From the NCBI GenBank assembly GCA_900545885.1, contig URAF01000004.1, forward strand, positions 65,100 to 129,099: a stretch of 64,000 bases of DNA. Direction: 5' to 3'. Shown one piece after another: positions 22,431 to 32,593 of the stretch. The first letter of the stretch is position 1. Each line of letters begins with the position of its first letter. The stretch is from an uncultured Eubacteriales bacterium. GTDB taxonomy: Bacteria > Bacillota > Clostridia > Christensenellales > CAG-917. The notes below the pieces were generated by a model. It saw only the letters and a program-made list of their open reading frames with translations. It was not told the DNA's origin and searched no databases. The position numbers were made by a program, and so were the translations under genes.

Positions 22431-22505
22431 GACAATCGGCGCGCAAGCGCATACCGTACGCGACAGTTTCGCGGCTCAATACAAATAACAACAGGAGGCA
22501 GCACT

Positions 22506-22703
22506 ATGCCAAAGCAGAAAACTCACAGCGGAGCAAAAAAGCGTTTCAGAAAGAGCGCAAACGGCCACTATAAGTGCGACCACAGCGGTCACGACCACAT
22601 CCTGACCAAGAAGACGACCAAGAGAAAACGTTCTCTCCGTCAAGACCAGTACATCGACAAGACCAAAGAGGCCGAACTCAAGAGATTGTTGCCCTATCAA
22701 TAA
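22506..22703 (+). CDS. rpmI: 50S ribosomal protein L35
   Basis: [20 protein letters not shown]..., 65 aa, located between infC and rplT. Confidence 0.97.
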   Translation: MPKQKTHSGAKKRFRKSANGHYKCDHSGHDHILTKKTTKRKRSLRQDQYIDKTKEAELKRLLPYQ

Positions 22704-22715
22704 GGAGATTGAACT

Positions 22716-23069
22716 ATGAGAATAAAGAGAGCTGTAAGCGCAGTCAAGAAGCGCAGAAAAATAATGAAACAAGCAAAAGGCTACTACGGCGGAAAACATC
22801 GTCTTTACCGCGTAGCCAAACAACAGGTCATGCGCAGCGGTTACTATGCCTACGTCGGCAGAAAACAGAAAAAGCGCGACTTCAGAAAACTGTGGATTGC
22901 ACGTATCAACGCCGCAGCACGTATGAACGACCTGAGCTACTCCAAGTTCATGCACGGTCTTAAACTGGCGGGCATCGACCTCAACCGCAAGGTTCTGAGC
23001 GAAATCGCCATTTCCGACCCTCAGGCATTCGCCGCACTCTGCGAACAGGCCAAAGCAAAACTCGCGTAA
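22716..23069 (+). CDS. rplT: 50S ribosomal protein L20
   Basis: [38 protein letters not shown]..., 117 aa. Confidence 0.97.
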   Translation: MRIKRAVSAVKKRRKIMKQAKGYYGGKHRLYRVAKQQVMRSGYYAYVGRKQKKRDFRKLWIARINAAARMNDLSYSKFMHGLKLAGIDLNRKVLSEIAISDPQAFAALCEQAKAKLA

Positions 23070-23077
23070 AACTTTTA

Positions 23078-23103
23078 AGAGGCGCAACAACTTGCGCCTC
23101 TTT
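23078..23103 (+). terminator. Rho-independent terminator after rplT
   Basis: agaggcgcaa-caac-ttgcgcctct, followed by ttgattatt (short U-tract). Confidence 0.7.
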
Positions 23104-23116
23104 GATTATTCACCGA

Positions 23117-23863
23117 ATGGATATAATCACTTCCACGCAAAACAAAACGGTAAAACTCGCACGTTCGCTCGCGGAAAAAAAGTTCCGCGAGCAGGCGGGT
23201 CTTTTTCTCGTTGAAGGCGTCAACATCGTGAAGGACCTTCCCGCCGACGCCGAAGTGGAGTTCGTGCTCGTTGCAGAGGGCAGACAGGCGGAATCCGCCG
23301 AACTGCTTGCTTGTACGCGCGCGCAGGTGTATTATGTATCCGAAGCGGTCATGAAATCTTTGTCCGACACCGTCACGCCTTACGGGTTCGCGGCGGCTGT
23401 CAGGATTCCGAGAAGAGAGTTCTCACTTCCCGCAGGCAACGCCCTTATTCTCGACGGCGTTTCCGACCCCGGCAATCTCGGTACGATAATCCGTACCGCG
23501 GCGGCAACGGGTTTCGACGACGTTTATCTTCTGGACTGCGCCGACCCTTACGCGCCCAAAACCGTGCGCGCAAGTATGGGCGGAGTTTTCAGGGTTCGTC
23601 TTTTCAAGGTCGACGAGAAACAGGCGGTTGAAGTTGCAGGAAACCGCAATTCCGTCGCACTCGACATGGCGGGCGAATATATCACGGACAGCCGTCCCGT
23701 TCAGCCCGTGGTGTACATTGCGGGCAGTGAAGCGCACGGCATAAGGAAATCCCTTCTCGACGCGGCAAAGCGCGTTCTTGCTTTGCCTATGAAAAACGGA
23801 ATGGAGTCACTCAACGTGGCTGTGGCGACTGCGGTTGCCATATATCAGACTTTTATCAAGTAA
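23117..23863 (+). CDS. TrmH/SpoU-family RNA 2'-O-methyltransferase (YsgA-like)
   Basis: SpoU motifs DPGNLGTIIRTAAATG, YIAGSEAHGI and ESLNVAVATAVAIY. It occupies the same post-rplT position as B. subtilis ysgA. ATG at 23117 is preferred because the TTG at 23102 lies inside the terminator. Confidence 0.85.
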   Translation: MDIITSTQNKTVKLARSLAEKKFREQAGLFLVEGVNIVKDLPADAEVEFVLVAEGRQAESAELLACTRAQVYYVSEAVMKSLSDTVTPYGFAAAVRIPRREFSLPAGNALILDGVSDPGNLGTIIRTAAATGFDDVYLLDCADPYAPKTVRASMGGVFRVRLFKVDEKQAVEVAGNRNSVALDMAGEYITDSRPVQPVVYIAGSEAHGIRKSLLDAAKRVLALPMKNGMESLNVAVATAVAIYQTFIK

Positions 23864-23875
23864 TCGGAGGTTAGT

Positions 23876-24622
23876 ATGAGCGGACACAGCAAATGGCACA
23901 ACATTCAACAGAAAAAGGGCAAGAGCGACGCGGCTCGCGCCAATGTGTTCACCAAAATCGGTCGTGAAATCGCGGTCGCCGTCAAGCAGGGCGGTCCCGA
24001 CCCCAACAGCAACAGCAAACTTCGCGACGCAATAGCAAAAGCCAAGAGCAACAATATGCCCAACGACAACATCGCGCGCAGCATAAAGAAAGCAAGCGGT
24101 GAACTGGGTTCCATAAACTACGAAGAAATGACCTACGAAGGTTACGGCGTCGGCGGCACGGCGTTCATCGTCGAAGCCCTTACCGACAACAAAAACCGTA
24201 CGGCAGGCGACGTAAGACACCTGTTTGACAAGTTCGGCGGCTCCATGGGCACCACGGGTTGCGTTTCCTTTATGTTCAGCAAGAAGGGCGTCATCACCGT
24301 TTCCAAAGCCGACATAAGCGAAGACGACCTTATGATGGCGGCGCTCGACGCGGGTGCGGAAGACATTCTCACCGAAGACGACGAAGTCTTCGAAGTTCTG
24401 ACCGCTCCTTCCGACCTCGGAACCGTTCGCGAAGAACTTGAAAAGAACGGCGTTAAAATCCTTTCCGCAGAAGTGGATATGATACCCGAAAACGAGGTAA
24501 CGCCTGACGAACAGCAACAGGAAACCCTGCTCAAAATGATTGACAAAATGGAAGAACTCGACGACGTTCAGAACATTTACCACAACGCCGTCATAACCAT
24601 TCAGGACGAGGAAGAAGAATAA
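23876..24622 (+). CDS. YebC/PmpR family DNA-binding transcriptional regulator
   Basis: [53 protein letters not shown] is the family signature. Confidence 0.93.
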   Translation: MSGHSKWHNIQQKKGKSDAARANVFTKIGREIAVAVKQGGPDPNSNSKLRDAIAKAKSNNMPNDNIARSIKKASGELGSINYEEMTYEGYGVGGTAFIVEALTDNKNRTAGDVRHLFDKFGGSMGTTGCVSFMFSKKGVITVSKADISEDDLMMAALDAGAEDILTEDDEVFEVLTAPSDLGTVREELEKNGVKILSAEVDMIPENEVTPDEQQQETLLKMIDKMEELDDVQNIYHNAVITIQDEEEE

Positions 24623-25875
24623 TGATTGACGTTGCATCTCTCTGCAAACGCGCAAAGACGGCGTCGTTTGCGCTTGCGGGTTACACCACGGCACAGAAAA
24701 ACGCAATGCTTTCGGCGATAGCCGAAGCGCTTGCATCTGCGGAAAACGTAGAACGCATGATGCGCGCAAACGCCGTAGACGTCGAGGAAGCACGCAAGAA
24801 CGGCAAAGACGCAACGTTCATCGACAGACTTACCCTCAACGACAAGCGCATCGCGACGATGATAAGCGGCGTAAATCAGATTATCGCGCTTGACGACCCC
24901 GTCGGCGAGGTCGTGGAGGACAGAGTTCTTCCCAACGGACTGAACATAAAGAAGGTTCGCGCACCGCTCGGCGTTATCGGTATCATATACGAGGCACGCC
25001 CCAACGTAACGGTTGACGCGGCGGCACTTTGCATCAAGTCGGGCAACGCAGTAGTGCTGCGCGGCAGTAAAGACGCGTTGAACTCCAACCGCGTGCTTTA
25101 CGAGATTATGCGCGGAGCGATTGCTGCAATCGGACTTGCAGGAGACGTCGTGTGCTTTATCGACGACGCGTCCCGCGAAGCAAGCAAAGTTATGCTCGGG
25201 CTCGACAAATACATCGACGTCGTTATCCCGAGAGGCGGTGAAGGGCTCAAACACTTCGTGCTCGAAAACGCGGCAATGCCCGTCATTGCGTCCGCAGGCG
25301 GCAACTGCCATACTTACGTCGAAAAGACAGCCGACCTCGAAAAAGCGGTGCCCGTAATCATCAACGCCAAAGTGCAGCGTCCGTCCACCTGCAACGCGCT
25401 CGAACATCTCATCGTAGACCGTGCGATTGCAAAGGAATTCCTGCCCGCAATTTACAAGGCGCTTAAAGAAAACAACGTCGAAGTCATCGGTACGGAAGAA
25501 GTGCGCGAAATAGTCCCCGAAATCGGACTTGCAACCGAAAACGACTTTTATACGGAGTTTTTGGGATATAAAATCTCCGTTATGTTGGTTGACGGCGTGG
25601 AAGAAGCGGTTGATTTTATCAACACGCACAGCACAAACCACTCCGAAGCCATACTTTCCCGCGACCGTAAATCTCTCGATTATTTTGCCGTCAACGTGGA
25701 CTCAGCGGCGGTGTATCTCAACACTTCCACGCGTTTCACGGACGGGTTCCAATTTGGTCTCGGCGCGGAAATGGGCATCTCCACGCAGAAACTCCACGCC
25801 CGCGGTCCCATAGCTCTCAAAGAACTTACTTCCGTCAAATACGTCATCGAAGGCGACGGACAAATCAGACAATAG
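24622..25875 (+). CDS. proA: Glutamate-5-semialdehyde dehydrogenase (gamma-glutamyl phosphate reductase)
   Basis: 417 aa, aldehyde dehydrogenase fold, LGVIGIIYEARPNVTVDAAALCIKSGNAVVLRG, catalytic region STCNALEHLIV. The start overlaps the yebC stop. Confidence 0.92.
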   Translation: MIDVASLCKRAKTASFALAGYTTAQKNAMLSAIAEALASAENVERMMRANAVDVEEARKNGKDATFIDRLTLNDKRIATMISGVNQIIALDDPVGEVVEDRVLPNGLNIKKVRAPLGVIGIIYEARPNVTVDAAALCIKSGNAVVLRGSKDALNSNRVLYEIMRGAIAAIGLAGDVVCFIDDASREASKVMLGLDKYIDVVIPRGGEGLKHFVLENAAMPVIASAGGNCHTYVEKTADLEKAVPVIINAKVQRPSTCNALEHLIVDRAIAKEFLPAIYKALKENNVEVIGTEEVREIVPEIGLATENDFYTEFLGYKISVMLVDGVEEAVDFINTHSTNHSEAILSRDRKSLDYFAVNVDSAAVYLNTSTRFTDGFQFGLGAEMGISTQKLHARGPIALKELTSVKYVIEGDGQIRQ

Positions 25876-25889
25876 TCACCGACTTGTTT

Positions 25890-27083
25890 ATGAAAAGAAT
25901 TTATCTCGACCACGCCGCAACGACCCCGCTTTCCGACGAGGCGTTTGCGGCGATGTCGCCTTATTTTTCCCAAGTGTTCGGCAACGCCAACTCCCAGCAT
26001 TCTTTCGGTCGTGACGCCGCAAAAGCGGTGAACGAAGCCCGACAGACAGTTGCGGAGTGCATCGGTGCGAAACCCAACGAAATTTATTTCACCTCGGGCG
26101 GTACCGAGTCCGACAACTGGGCGGTGAAAGGCATTGCCATGCGCCTTGCGTCCAAGGGCAAGCGTATCATTACGACGCAAATCGAACACCCCGCGATTTA
26201 TTCGAGCTGCAAGCAACTTGAAAAGGCGGGTTTCGAAGTCGTGTATCTTCCCGTCGACGAAGAGGGTTTCGTACACGAAGAAGAACTCGAAGCCGCGCTT
26301 ACTTCCGATACGGTGCTTGTCAGCATTATGTTTGCCAACAACGAAATCGGCACGATACAGCCCATAAAGCGCCTTGCCGAACTCGCTCACCGTCAGGGAG
26401 TGCTGTTCCACACCGACGCTGTACAGGCTATGGGCGCGTTGCATATCGACGTCAAGGAACTTGGCGTGGATATGCTGTCCCTTTCGGGGCACAAGTTCTA
26501 CGGACCCAAGGGTATAGGCGCGCTGTATATCCGCAACGGTATGCAGACCGAACCGTTTATGACGGGCGGAGAACAGGAACGCACGAAACGCGGCGGAACG
26601 ACCAACGTTCCCGCAATTGTCGGAATGGCTGCCGCACTCAAAGCCGCGTGCAGGGATATGGACAAGGACAACGCGTACGTTGCCGCGCTCCGCGACAAGT
26701 TCGTGCGCCGGGTTCTCGACGAAATTCCCGAAGTTCTGTTCAACGGGGCGAAAGATATGCGTTTCCGTCTGCCCAACAACGCCAATTTCAGTTTCAAGTG
26801 CATTGAAGGGGAGTCCGTTCTCTTTTCACTCGACCTTGACGGAATTTGCGCGTCCAGCGGCAGCGCGTGTTCGTCGGGTTCGCTCGAACCCAGCCGCACC
26901 CTGCTTGCAATAGGCGTTCCCGTAGGAACGGCACACGGGTCAATAAGATTTACGTTCGGAAAATCCAACACCGAAGAAGACGTCGATTACGCAGTGGACA
27001 GGCTTGTCGCCGTGGTCGAACGTCTGCGCAGAATGTCCCCGCTGTGGGGCAAATCCGACTGCGCAATCAAAACCGTAAAATAG
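25890..27083 (+). CDS. nifS: Cysteine desulfurase (NifS/IscS type)
   Basis: IYLDHAATTP, PLP lysine in SLSGHKFYGPKG, catalytic Cys in SSGSACSSG. Followed by the scaffold gene. Confidence 0.92.
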   Translation: MKRIYLDHAATTPLSDEAFAAMSPYFSQVFGNANSQHSFGRDAAKAVNEARQTVAECIGAKPNEIYFTSGGTESDNWAVKGIAMRLASKGKRIITTQIEHPAIYSSCKQLEKAGFEVVYLPVDEEGFVHEEELEAALTSDTVLVSIMFANNEIGTIQPIKRLAELAHRQGVLFHTDAVQAMGALHIDVKELGVDMLSLSGHKFYGPKGIGALYIRNGMQTEPFMTGGEQERTKRGGTTNVPAIVGMAAALKAACRDMDKDNAYVAALRDKFVRRVLDEIPEVLFNGAKDMRFRLPNNANFSFKCIEGESVLFSLDLDGICASSGSACSSGSLEPSRTLLAIGVPVGTAHGSIRFTFGKSNTEEDVDYAVDRLVAVVERLRRMSPLWGKSDCAIKTVK

Positions 27084-27156
27084 GTTTGTTTTGCGTGCGG
27101 TTTCCGCGCGTGCAGAACCCCGAAAGGTATTTGCGGATTTTACAGACGAGGAAATT

Positions 27157-27537
27157 ATGTACAACGACAAAGTCATAGAAGTTTTCAAAAACCCCAAAAA
27201 CGTAGGCGAAGCCGAGAATTACAATGCAATCGGCACTGTCGGCAACGAAAATTGCGGCGATATCATGCAGATTACAATGCGTATCGAGGACGACATAATC
27301 AAGGACGCAAAGTTCAAGACGTTCGGTTGCGCCGCGGCGGTTGCGTCGAGTTCGGTCGCAACGGATATGATTATCGGCAAAACCGTGGACGAGGCGCTTG
27401 CAATCAAAAACAAAGACGTCGTCGAAACGCTCGAAGGGTTGCCGCCCCAGAAAATTCATTGTTCCGTGCTTGCGGAAGAGGCAATCAAACTCGCAATAGA
27501 GAACTACCGTTCCAATGCCTCGCAAAAATCCGAGTAA
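27157..27537 (+). CDS. nifU: Fe-S cluster assembly scaffold (NifU N-terminal / IscU type)
   Basis: ATG at 27157 follows GAGGAA. Three conserved Cys are present: NENCGDIM, FGCAAAVASS, KIHCSVLAEEA. Confidence 0.92.
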   Translation: MYNDKVIEVFKNPKNVGEAENYNAIGTVGNENCGDIMQITMRIEDDIIKDAKFKTFGCAAAVASSSVATDMIIGKTVDEALAIKNKDVVETLEGLPPQKIHCSVLAEEAIKLAIENYRSNASQKSE

Positions 27538-27611
27538 CGTTCCGTCGTACACTTTGTTTCGGGACACATAAAAAACAGCATTCGCGCCATAATAAGAGCG
27601 TGGAGGTTATT

Positions 27612-27746
27612 ATGAAAAGTTCCGTATTATTGGGCGCAATGCTCGGAGTCGTCACGGCGACAGCCATTTATTCGGCAAGCAATCAGAATCTCATGAAAAA
27701 GACCAAGAGAACGCTGTTGAAGAAACTCGAAGACATTCTCGACTGA
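27612..27746 (+). CDS. Small (44 aa) YtxH-like membrane-associated protein
   Basis: ATG at 27612 follows SD GGAGG. MKSSVLLGAMLGVVTATAIYSASNQNLMKKTKRTLLKKLEDILD is a hydrophobic helix followed by an amphipathic basic helix. A terminator follows. Confidence 0.45.
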   Translation: MKSSVLLGAMLGVVTATAIYSASNQNLMKKTKRTLLKKLEDILD

Positions 27747-27771
27747 CGTTCCGCGCAAAACGCGTTAAGGC

Positions 27772-27801
27772 AAAACCCCGCCGTATCAACGGCGGGGTTT
27801 T
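27772..27801. terminator. Bidirectional rho-independent terminator between convergent genes
   Basis: aaaaccccgccg-tatcaa-cggcggggtttt, with A/T runs on both sides. Confidence 0.85.
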
Positions 27802-27863
27802 GTCAAGGTTATGAAACAAAACACAAGGAGATAAAATTACCAAGGGATTTGAAACGGTCGTTT

Positions 27864-29033
27864 TTATGCCGCGTCGGCATAGGAGCTTGCAGAGTAGGAC
27901 GAAGCAACGTCGACTCGGTTGTAAGGAATATGGATGTCTTTGCCGAAGGTGTTGTTTTCCGCCTTTTCGGCTTGCGCTATGAACTCGACGAGAGTTGCGG
28001 ACGAAACGGCGTAACCTATGTTCTCGTAAATTTCGGTCGTGAGTTTGGACTCCGCAACACCGATTACCGTGCCGTTGCGGTTGACCATCGGACCGCCCGA
28101 ATTACCGCTGTTGATTGCCGCGTCGGTGGTGTAGAAGTTGCCGTAGCCCCAGTCGGTAAGCGTGTGGGAAGGTTGGGAGATGCAACCCGATGTGACCATA
28201 AGTCCGTCGGGATAGCCGACAAGCGCAACGTCAGTGCCGTAGGTCGCATAGTCGGACGCCGCAATAGTGAGAGAGGGGTGCGCTTCGACGGAAGGATAGG
28301 AACTCTTGAAGCAGAGTATGGCAAGGTCGGGTTTCGAAGTGTAGTCGTAGTCGGGGTCGCGTACGACGGTCGTGGTTCCGCCCATTATGCCGCTCGTTTC
28401 GGTGGTGGCAAGATACGCGCCGATGTAAACGGGTGTAAGCGTGTAGGTGGTGCTGTCACCGGGGAAGGTGCAGGTTATGGTGTCATACACGCCCATACTG
28501 CGCGACGATGCGACGTAAAGCACGGAGTGCGCGTTTGTGACGAGATAACGTGTGTCGTCGGTCGAGGTCGGGTCGGAAATCAGAAATCCCGTCGAAATCG
28601 CGCCGCTGACGTTGGTGAAAGATTTTGTGTTGACGGCTTTGATTTCGGCAACGGACTTAATCGTGTTCTTGCCTGCATATTCCGCAGCCGTGGTCGTGCT
28701 CTGGTTCAGAATGTCCTCTTTGATTGAGTTGAGTATGTCCTCCGTTATACCGTTTTCCTTGATATAGTCGAGGATTGCCTGGTCGTATTCGGAACGGATG
28801 GACTCGGACAGGGACTGAGCGTACTTGTTCGCTATGTCGTCTTTCAGCACGGCGAGCACCACGACGTTGATTATCACCGTAAGGCACATTATGAGAGCGA
28901 TGACGATGAACAGAATTATTACGGGGGTAAGTTTTCTGTCGCCGTTACCGCCGTTGTCGGGTGTGTGATAGACGGGCGTGTCAGGTCTGTTGCCGCCGTT
29001 TACTCCGTCGAAAAAGTTGTCGTAATTATCCAT
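27864..29033 (-). CDS. Membrane-anchored trypsin-like serine protease (S1 family, no PDZ)
   Basis: N-terminal TM LTPVIILFIVIALIMCLTVIINVVVLAVL. Catalytic triad contexts LVTNAHSV (His), KPDLAILCF (Asp) and NSGNSGGPMV (Ser). Confidence 0.85.
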   Translation of the reverse strand: MDNYDNFFDGVNGGNRPDTPVYHTPDNGGNGDRKLTPVIILFIVIALIMCLTVIINVVVLAVLKDDIANKYAQSLSESIRSEYDQAILDYIKENGITEDILNSIKEDILNQSTTTAAEYAGKNTIKSVAEIKAVNTKSFTNVSGAISTGFLISDPTSTDDTRYLVTNAHSVLYVASSRSMGVYDTITCTFPGDSTTYTLTPVYIGAYLATTETSGIMGGTTTVVRDPDYDYTSKPDLAILCFKSSYPSVEAHPSLTIAASDYATYGTDVALVGYPDGLMVTSGCISQPSHTLTDWGYGNFYTTDAAINSGNSGGPMVNRNGTVIGVAESKLTTEIYENIGYAVSSATLVEFIAQAEKAENNTFGKDIHIPYNRVDVASSYSASSYADAA

Positions 29034-29156
29034 ATTTTCCTCTTGCGGTTTTATTGCTTTGAATTTAGTTTAATATAATTAAACCACAATTAAAACCTCG
29101 GAAAAAATATTTTTCAAAAATTTGCGGGTATGGTATAATGCGAAAAAGGAGTATAT

Positions 29157-30083
29157 ATGGCAGAGAAAAGAGAATTTCCCACCAAATCCGAAATAGAAGC
29201 CGCGGTCAAGTCCGTACTTTCCAAGCGTAACGCCGAGCGCAAACTCGTCATAGAACTTTCGCAGAAATGTTACGGTTACACCGCCGCGGAGCTCAAAGAC
29301 CGCAGTTGCGAGTCGCTTAACACTCGGCTCAAAAGTCTGACCGGCGTCGTAATCAACGAAATGCTCGACGCGGGTACGTTGCTTATCGACGAGGACAAAC
29401 TTTTGTCGTTGCCGAGTCCCGTAGAAGAAAAAAAGGCGCTCACGCGTACGCAAAAAAGAAGGGCGGCGCGCAAAAGAGCGGCGGCGCGCGCAAACGCCGC
29501 TCCCAAATATCCCGACACTCCGCTCGGAAAACTGCTCGAAGGTGCGGACGCGAAGTTCGAGGAATGCAAAGCCAAAAAGACGAGCAAAGAAAAGTATTCG
29601 TCCGCGCTCAAAAAGGCGGTTACGCTTGCAATAAATCAGGCGGGCGGCGAGTTTTTCGAAGAACTCAGCATGAAACTGCTGATTGCCGTATACGGCGACA
29701 GCGTTCAGTCCAACGAACTGACCGCAGGTCCCGACGACAACGGTATCGACGGCAAATTGTACGTAAAAGACCCTGCAGGGTTCAAGGAAACGATTTTCTT
29801 TCAGTCCAAAACAAAACTCAACGAGAGGGCGTACGTGTCAATCAAAGTCGCGCGTGAGTTTCTGGGCGTTATGACGGCGTACGGCGCTACAAAAGGGATA
29901 CTGGTCACAAACTCCAATTTTCACAAGGACACCCGCGCGTTTGCCGCTAAGCGTCCCGAACTTATGCTTATCGACTGCAACACGCTTTTCGATATGATGT
30001 GCAGGTACGAAGTCGGAGTCAGGTTTGTTAAAGACGAGGGAATATACCATATCGACGACAGCATGTTCCTAAACTGCAAATGA
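29157..30083 (+). CDS. Mrr-like restriction endonuclease (PD-(D/E)xK) with N-terminal winged-helix-like domain and Lys/Arg-rich linker
   Basis: C-terminal Mrr_cat pattern GPDDNGIDGKLYV...ETIFFQSKTK...GILVTNSNFHKDTRAFA. Extended -10 TGgTATAAT at 29131-29139 and SD AAAGGAG lie upstream. Confidence 0.75.
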   Translation: MAEKREFPTKSEIEAAVKSVLSKRNAERKLVIELSQKCYGYTAAELKDRSCESLNTRLKSLTGVVINEMLDAGTLLIDEDKLLSLPSPVEEKKALTRTQKRRAARKRAAARANAAPKYPDTPLGKLLEGADAKFEECKAKKTSKEKYSSALKKAVTLAINQAGGEFFEELSMKLLIAVYGDSVQSNELTAGPDDNGIDGKLYVKDPAGFKETIFFQSKTKLNERAYVSIKVAREFLGVMTAYGATKGILVTNSNFHKDTRAFAAKRPELMLIDCNTLFDMMCRYEVGVRFVKDEGIYHIDDSMFLNCK

Positions 30084-30118
30084 CGCCCGGCTGAAAAACT
30101 GCCCCCGCAAAGCGTATA

Positions 30119-30147
30119 TTTGACAATCGACCTTGTATATATTAGAA
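30119..30147 (+). promoter_or_regulatory. Sigma-A promoter upstream of degV
   Basis: TTGACA, a 17-nt spacer, then TAGAAT, 30 nt before the ATG at 30177. Confidence 0.65.
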
Positions 30148-30176
30148 TAATTATTACCAACCGACAGGAGACTAAA

Positions 30177-31043
30177 ATGGCCGTTTTATTTTGCGATACA
30201 GACTGCGAGCTCTGGTATACGACCGCCAAAGAGCTCGACCTCAAAGTCATCTCTATGCCTTACACCATCGACGGTGTGGAAAAAATGTACGACCTCGGTG
30301 AAAACACCGACCTCAAAGATTTCTTCGCGAGAATGCGCGCGGGCAGTGCGGTAATCACTTCCGGACTCAACCCCCAGACCTACATAGACATCTTCGAACC
30401 TTATTTCAAAGCGGGCGAGGACATTCTGTACGTGGCGTTTTCTTCCAAGATGTCAAACACGTTCAAGTATCTCGACCTTGCGATAGCCGAACTCAAAGAG
30501 AAATATCCCAACGTCAAATACCGTCAGTTCGACACGCTCAACATCTGCATGGGCGCGGGCTTGCAGGTCTATCTTGCGGCAAAACGTTTCCACGCAAACG
30601 GCGGCGATGTTGACGCGACGTATGCATACCTCGAAACCCTTGTTCAGAACATAGGCGTTCTGTTTGTGGTCGACGACCTCAAATATCTTGCCAGAGGCGG
30701 CAGACTTTCTCCCGCGAAAGCAAAAATCGGCAATGTGCTGCAACTCAAACCCGTCCTTTACGTCAACAAGGAAGGCGAAATCGACATTCTGTCCAAACAG
30801 AGCGGTTTCAAAAAGGCGATGAGTTTTGTCGTCAGCGAGTTCCAGCGCAAATACCGTCCTAGAGACAACGCTCCCATCGTCATAGTCGGCGCGGATTGCG
30901 ACGAATACGTCGAAGAACTGCGCGGACGCATAGCGGCCGTCGCTCCCGACGCGGAAATATGGGTTCAGCCCGTAGGTCCCGTAATCGGCGCACATTGCGG
31001 CCCCGGCACATACGGACTTATTTTTACCGCCGAAAGCAGATAA
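30177..31043 (+). CDS. DegV family fatty-acid-binding protein
   Basis: ATG at 30177 follows AGGAGA. Typical DegV length (288 aa), with ...GLNPQTY...ILYVAFSSKMSNTF...VVDDLKYLARGGRLS. Confidence 0.85.
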   Translation: MAVLFCDTDCELWYTTAKELDLKVISMPYTIDGVEKMYDLGENTDLKDFFARMRAGSAVITSGLNPQTYIDIFEPYFKAGEDILYVAFSSKMSNTFKYLDLAIAELKEKYPNVKYRQFDTLNICMGAGLQVYLAAKRFHANGGDVDATYAYLETLVQNIGVLFVVDDLKYLARGGRLSPAKAKIGNVLQLKPVLYVNKEGEIDILSKQSGFKKAMSFVVSEFQRKYRPRDNAPIVIVGADCDEYVEELRGRIAAVAPDAEIWVQPVGPVIGAHCGPGTYGLIFTAESR

Positions 31044-31067
31044 CTTTTCTGTCACGGCACCGGTACG

Positions 31068-32066
31068 ATGAAGAAAAGATTATTAACGGTAGCATTAATA
31101 TTTGTTTTTGCGATATGTATTGTTTCGCTGACTGCTTGCAGTGCGGCGGAACAATATTTCGTATTCGGCACTTCGCTTGACATATCCGCAAAAGGCACGG
31201 GCAGTTCCAAGTACATCAAATCCGTCGTAAGCTGGCTTGAAGACGCCGAACAGTACGTATCGGCGATAATGGAAGACAGCGACATATGGCGACTTAACCG
31301 CGCGGCGGCAGGCGAAACCGTAGTATGCAACCCCGTTACAATCGAGATTTTGCAGAGCGCGCACCGCGTTTACGAGCTTACGGACGGAGCGTACGACCCG
31401 ACCGTTTATCCGCTTGTCGAGCTTTGGGGGTTCAGCCCCGACAAGTTCGTGGGCAACGTAGCCCCCGACCGACTTCCGTCGGACGCGGAAATCTCCGAAA
31501 TGCTCGGACTTGTGGGGTTTGACGAAGCGTTCGCAATAGACGCCGAAAACAATTCGGTGACAAAACTCAAAGAAGGCGCAAAACTCGACCTCGGCGGAGT
31601 GGCAAAAGGGTATGCCGTTCAAAAAGCCTTGTCTATGGCAGGCAAAACGGAAGCACTTGTGAACCTCGGCGGAAACATAGGTGCGGCGAACGCGTCGTAC
31701 ACGATAGGAATAGGCGCACCGCGCGAATACGACAAATCGTATATCGGCACGGTAGAACTTTCGGCAGGGCAATGCATATCCACAAGCGGCGACTACGAGA
31801 AGTATTACTTCGTCGACGGAGTGCGCTATCACCACATCATCAACCCCGCGACAGGCAGACCCGCCGACAGCGGACTTGTGAGCGTAACCGTGATAACACC
31901 AGACGGCGCGTTGGGTGACGCGCTGGCTACGGCGATTATGGTTGCGGGCGCGGAAAAAGGTACGCTTTGGGCGAACGAACTGGGCGTCGGCTGTATTATG
32001 GTGAGCGTAGACGCGGACGGCAATATGCAGGTGTCTGTCGTAAACGTAGATTACAAATCTGCATAA
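31068..32066 (+). CDS. apbE: FAD:protein FMN transferase (ApbE family) lipoprotein
   Basis: Lipobox IVSLTAC. ApbE blocks GAYDPTVYPLVELWGF, LDLGGVAKGYA and STSGDYEKYYFVDGVRYHHIINPATG. Confidence 0.9.
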   Translation: MKKRLLTVALIFVFAICIVSLTACSAAEQYFVFGTSLDISAKGTGSSKYIKSVVSWLEDAEQYVSAIMEDSDIWRLNRAAAGETVVCNPVTIEILQSAHRVYELTDGAYDPTVYPLVELWGFSPDKFVGNVAPDRLPSDAEISEMLGLVGFDEAFAIDAENNSVTKLKEGAKLDLGGVAKGYAVQKALSMAGKTEALVNLGGNIGAANASYTIGIGAPREYDKSYIGTVELSAGQCISTSGDYEKYYFVDGVRYHHIINPATGRPADSGLVSVTVITPDGALGDALATAIMVAGAEKGTLWANELGVGCIMVSVDADGNMQVSVVNVDYKSA

Positions 32067-32077
32067 TAATCAGTACG

Positions 32078-32103
32078 AAACGGCGTGATAAACGCCGTTT
32101 TTT
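32078..32103 (+). terminator. Rho-independent terminator after apbE
   Basis: aaacggcg-tgataa-cgccgttt, followed by tttt. Confidence 0.75.
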
Positions 32104-32206
32104 GCAACAATCCGAAATTCAACCTTGCCGACGGCAGATTGAACGCAAAGGATAAAAACACGCATATACGCGGTTCAGACATTCAAGGAAACAATCCGCA
32201 AACACG

Positions 32207-32593
32207 ATGAAAAATGACTCCCGACTCAAAGTCAAACACGCTTTTACCTCACTTTTCAAGTGGGGCGATTTGCTGTTGCTTGTCGTGCTCATAGTTGCGG
32301 TCGGGCTTACCGTGTGGTTTGCAACGCGCACGGACGGAACTTCCGCAGAGGTTTATATCGACGGAGAACTTAAATACACGCTTTCGCTTGCCGAGGACAA
32401 AACGCTTGAACTTGCGGACTGCGGTATGACGATATGCGTCGAAAACGGTAAAGTTTTCGTCACGCATTCCGATTGTCCCGAACAACTTTGCGTACACGCC
32501 GCACCCATAAATTCCGCGGGCGGTATGATAGTTTGTCTGCCCAACAAAGTGGTCATAAAGATTGCATCGAAGGAGATTGACGCCGTAACGTGA
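32207..32593 (+). CDS. NusG domain II-containing membrane-anchored protein
   Basis: N-terminal TM WGDLLLLVVLIVAVGLTVWF, then AEVYIDGELKYTLSL...CVENGKVFVTHSDCPEQLCVH...GMIVCLPNKVVIKI, the NusG_II family pattern. Confidence 0.8.
   Translation: MKNDSRLKVKHAFTSLFKWGDLLLLVVLIVAVGLTVWFATRTDGTSAEVYIDGELKYTLSLAEDKTLELADCGMTICVENGKVFVTHSDCPEQLCVHAAPINSAGGMIVCLPNKVVIKIASKEIDAVT

Noticed and set aside
27849-28727. 292-aa plus-strand ORF opposite the S1 protease gene
   Set aside because: The minus-strand frame encodes a complete His/Asp/Ser protease with a TM anchor. The plus-strand product is Gly/Arg/Val-rich with no features.
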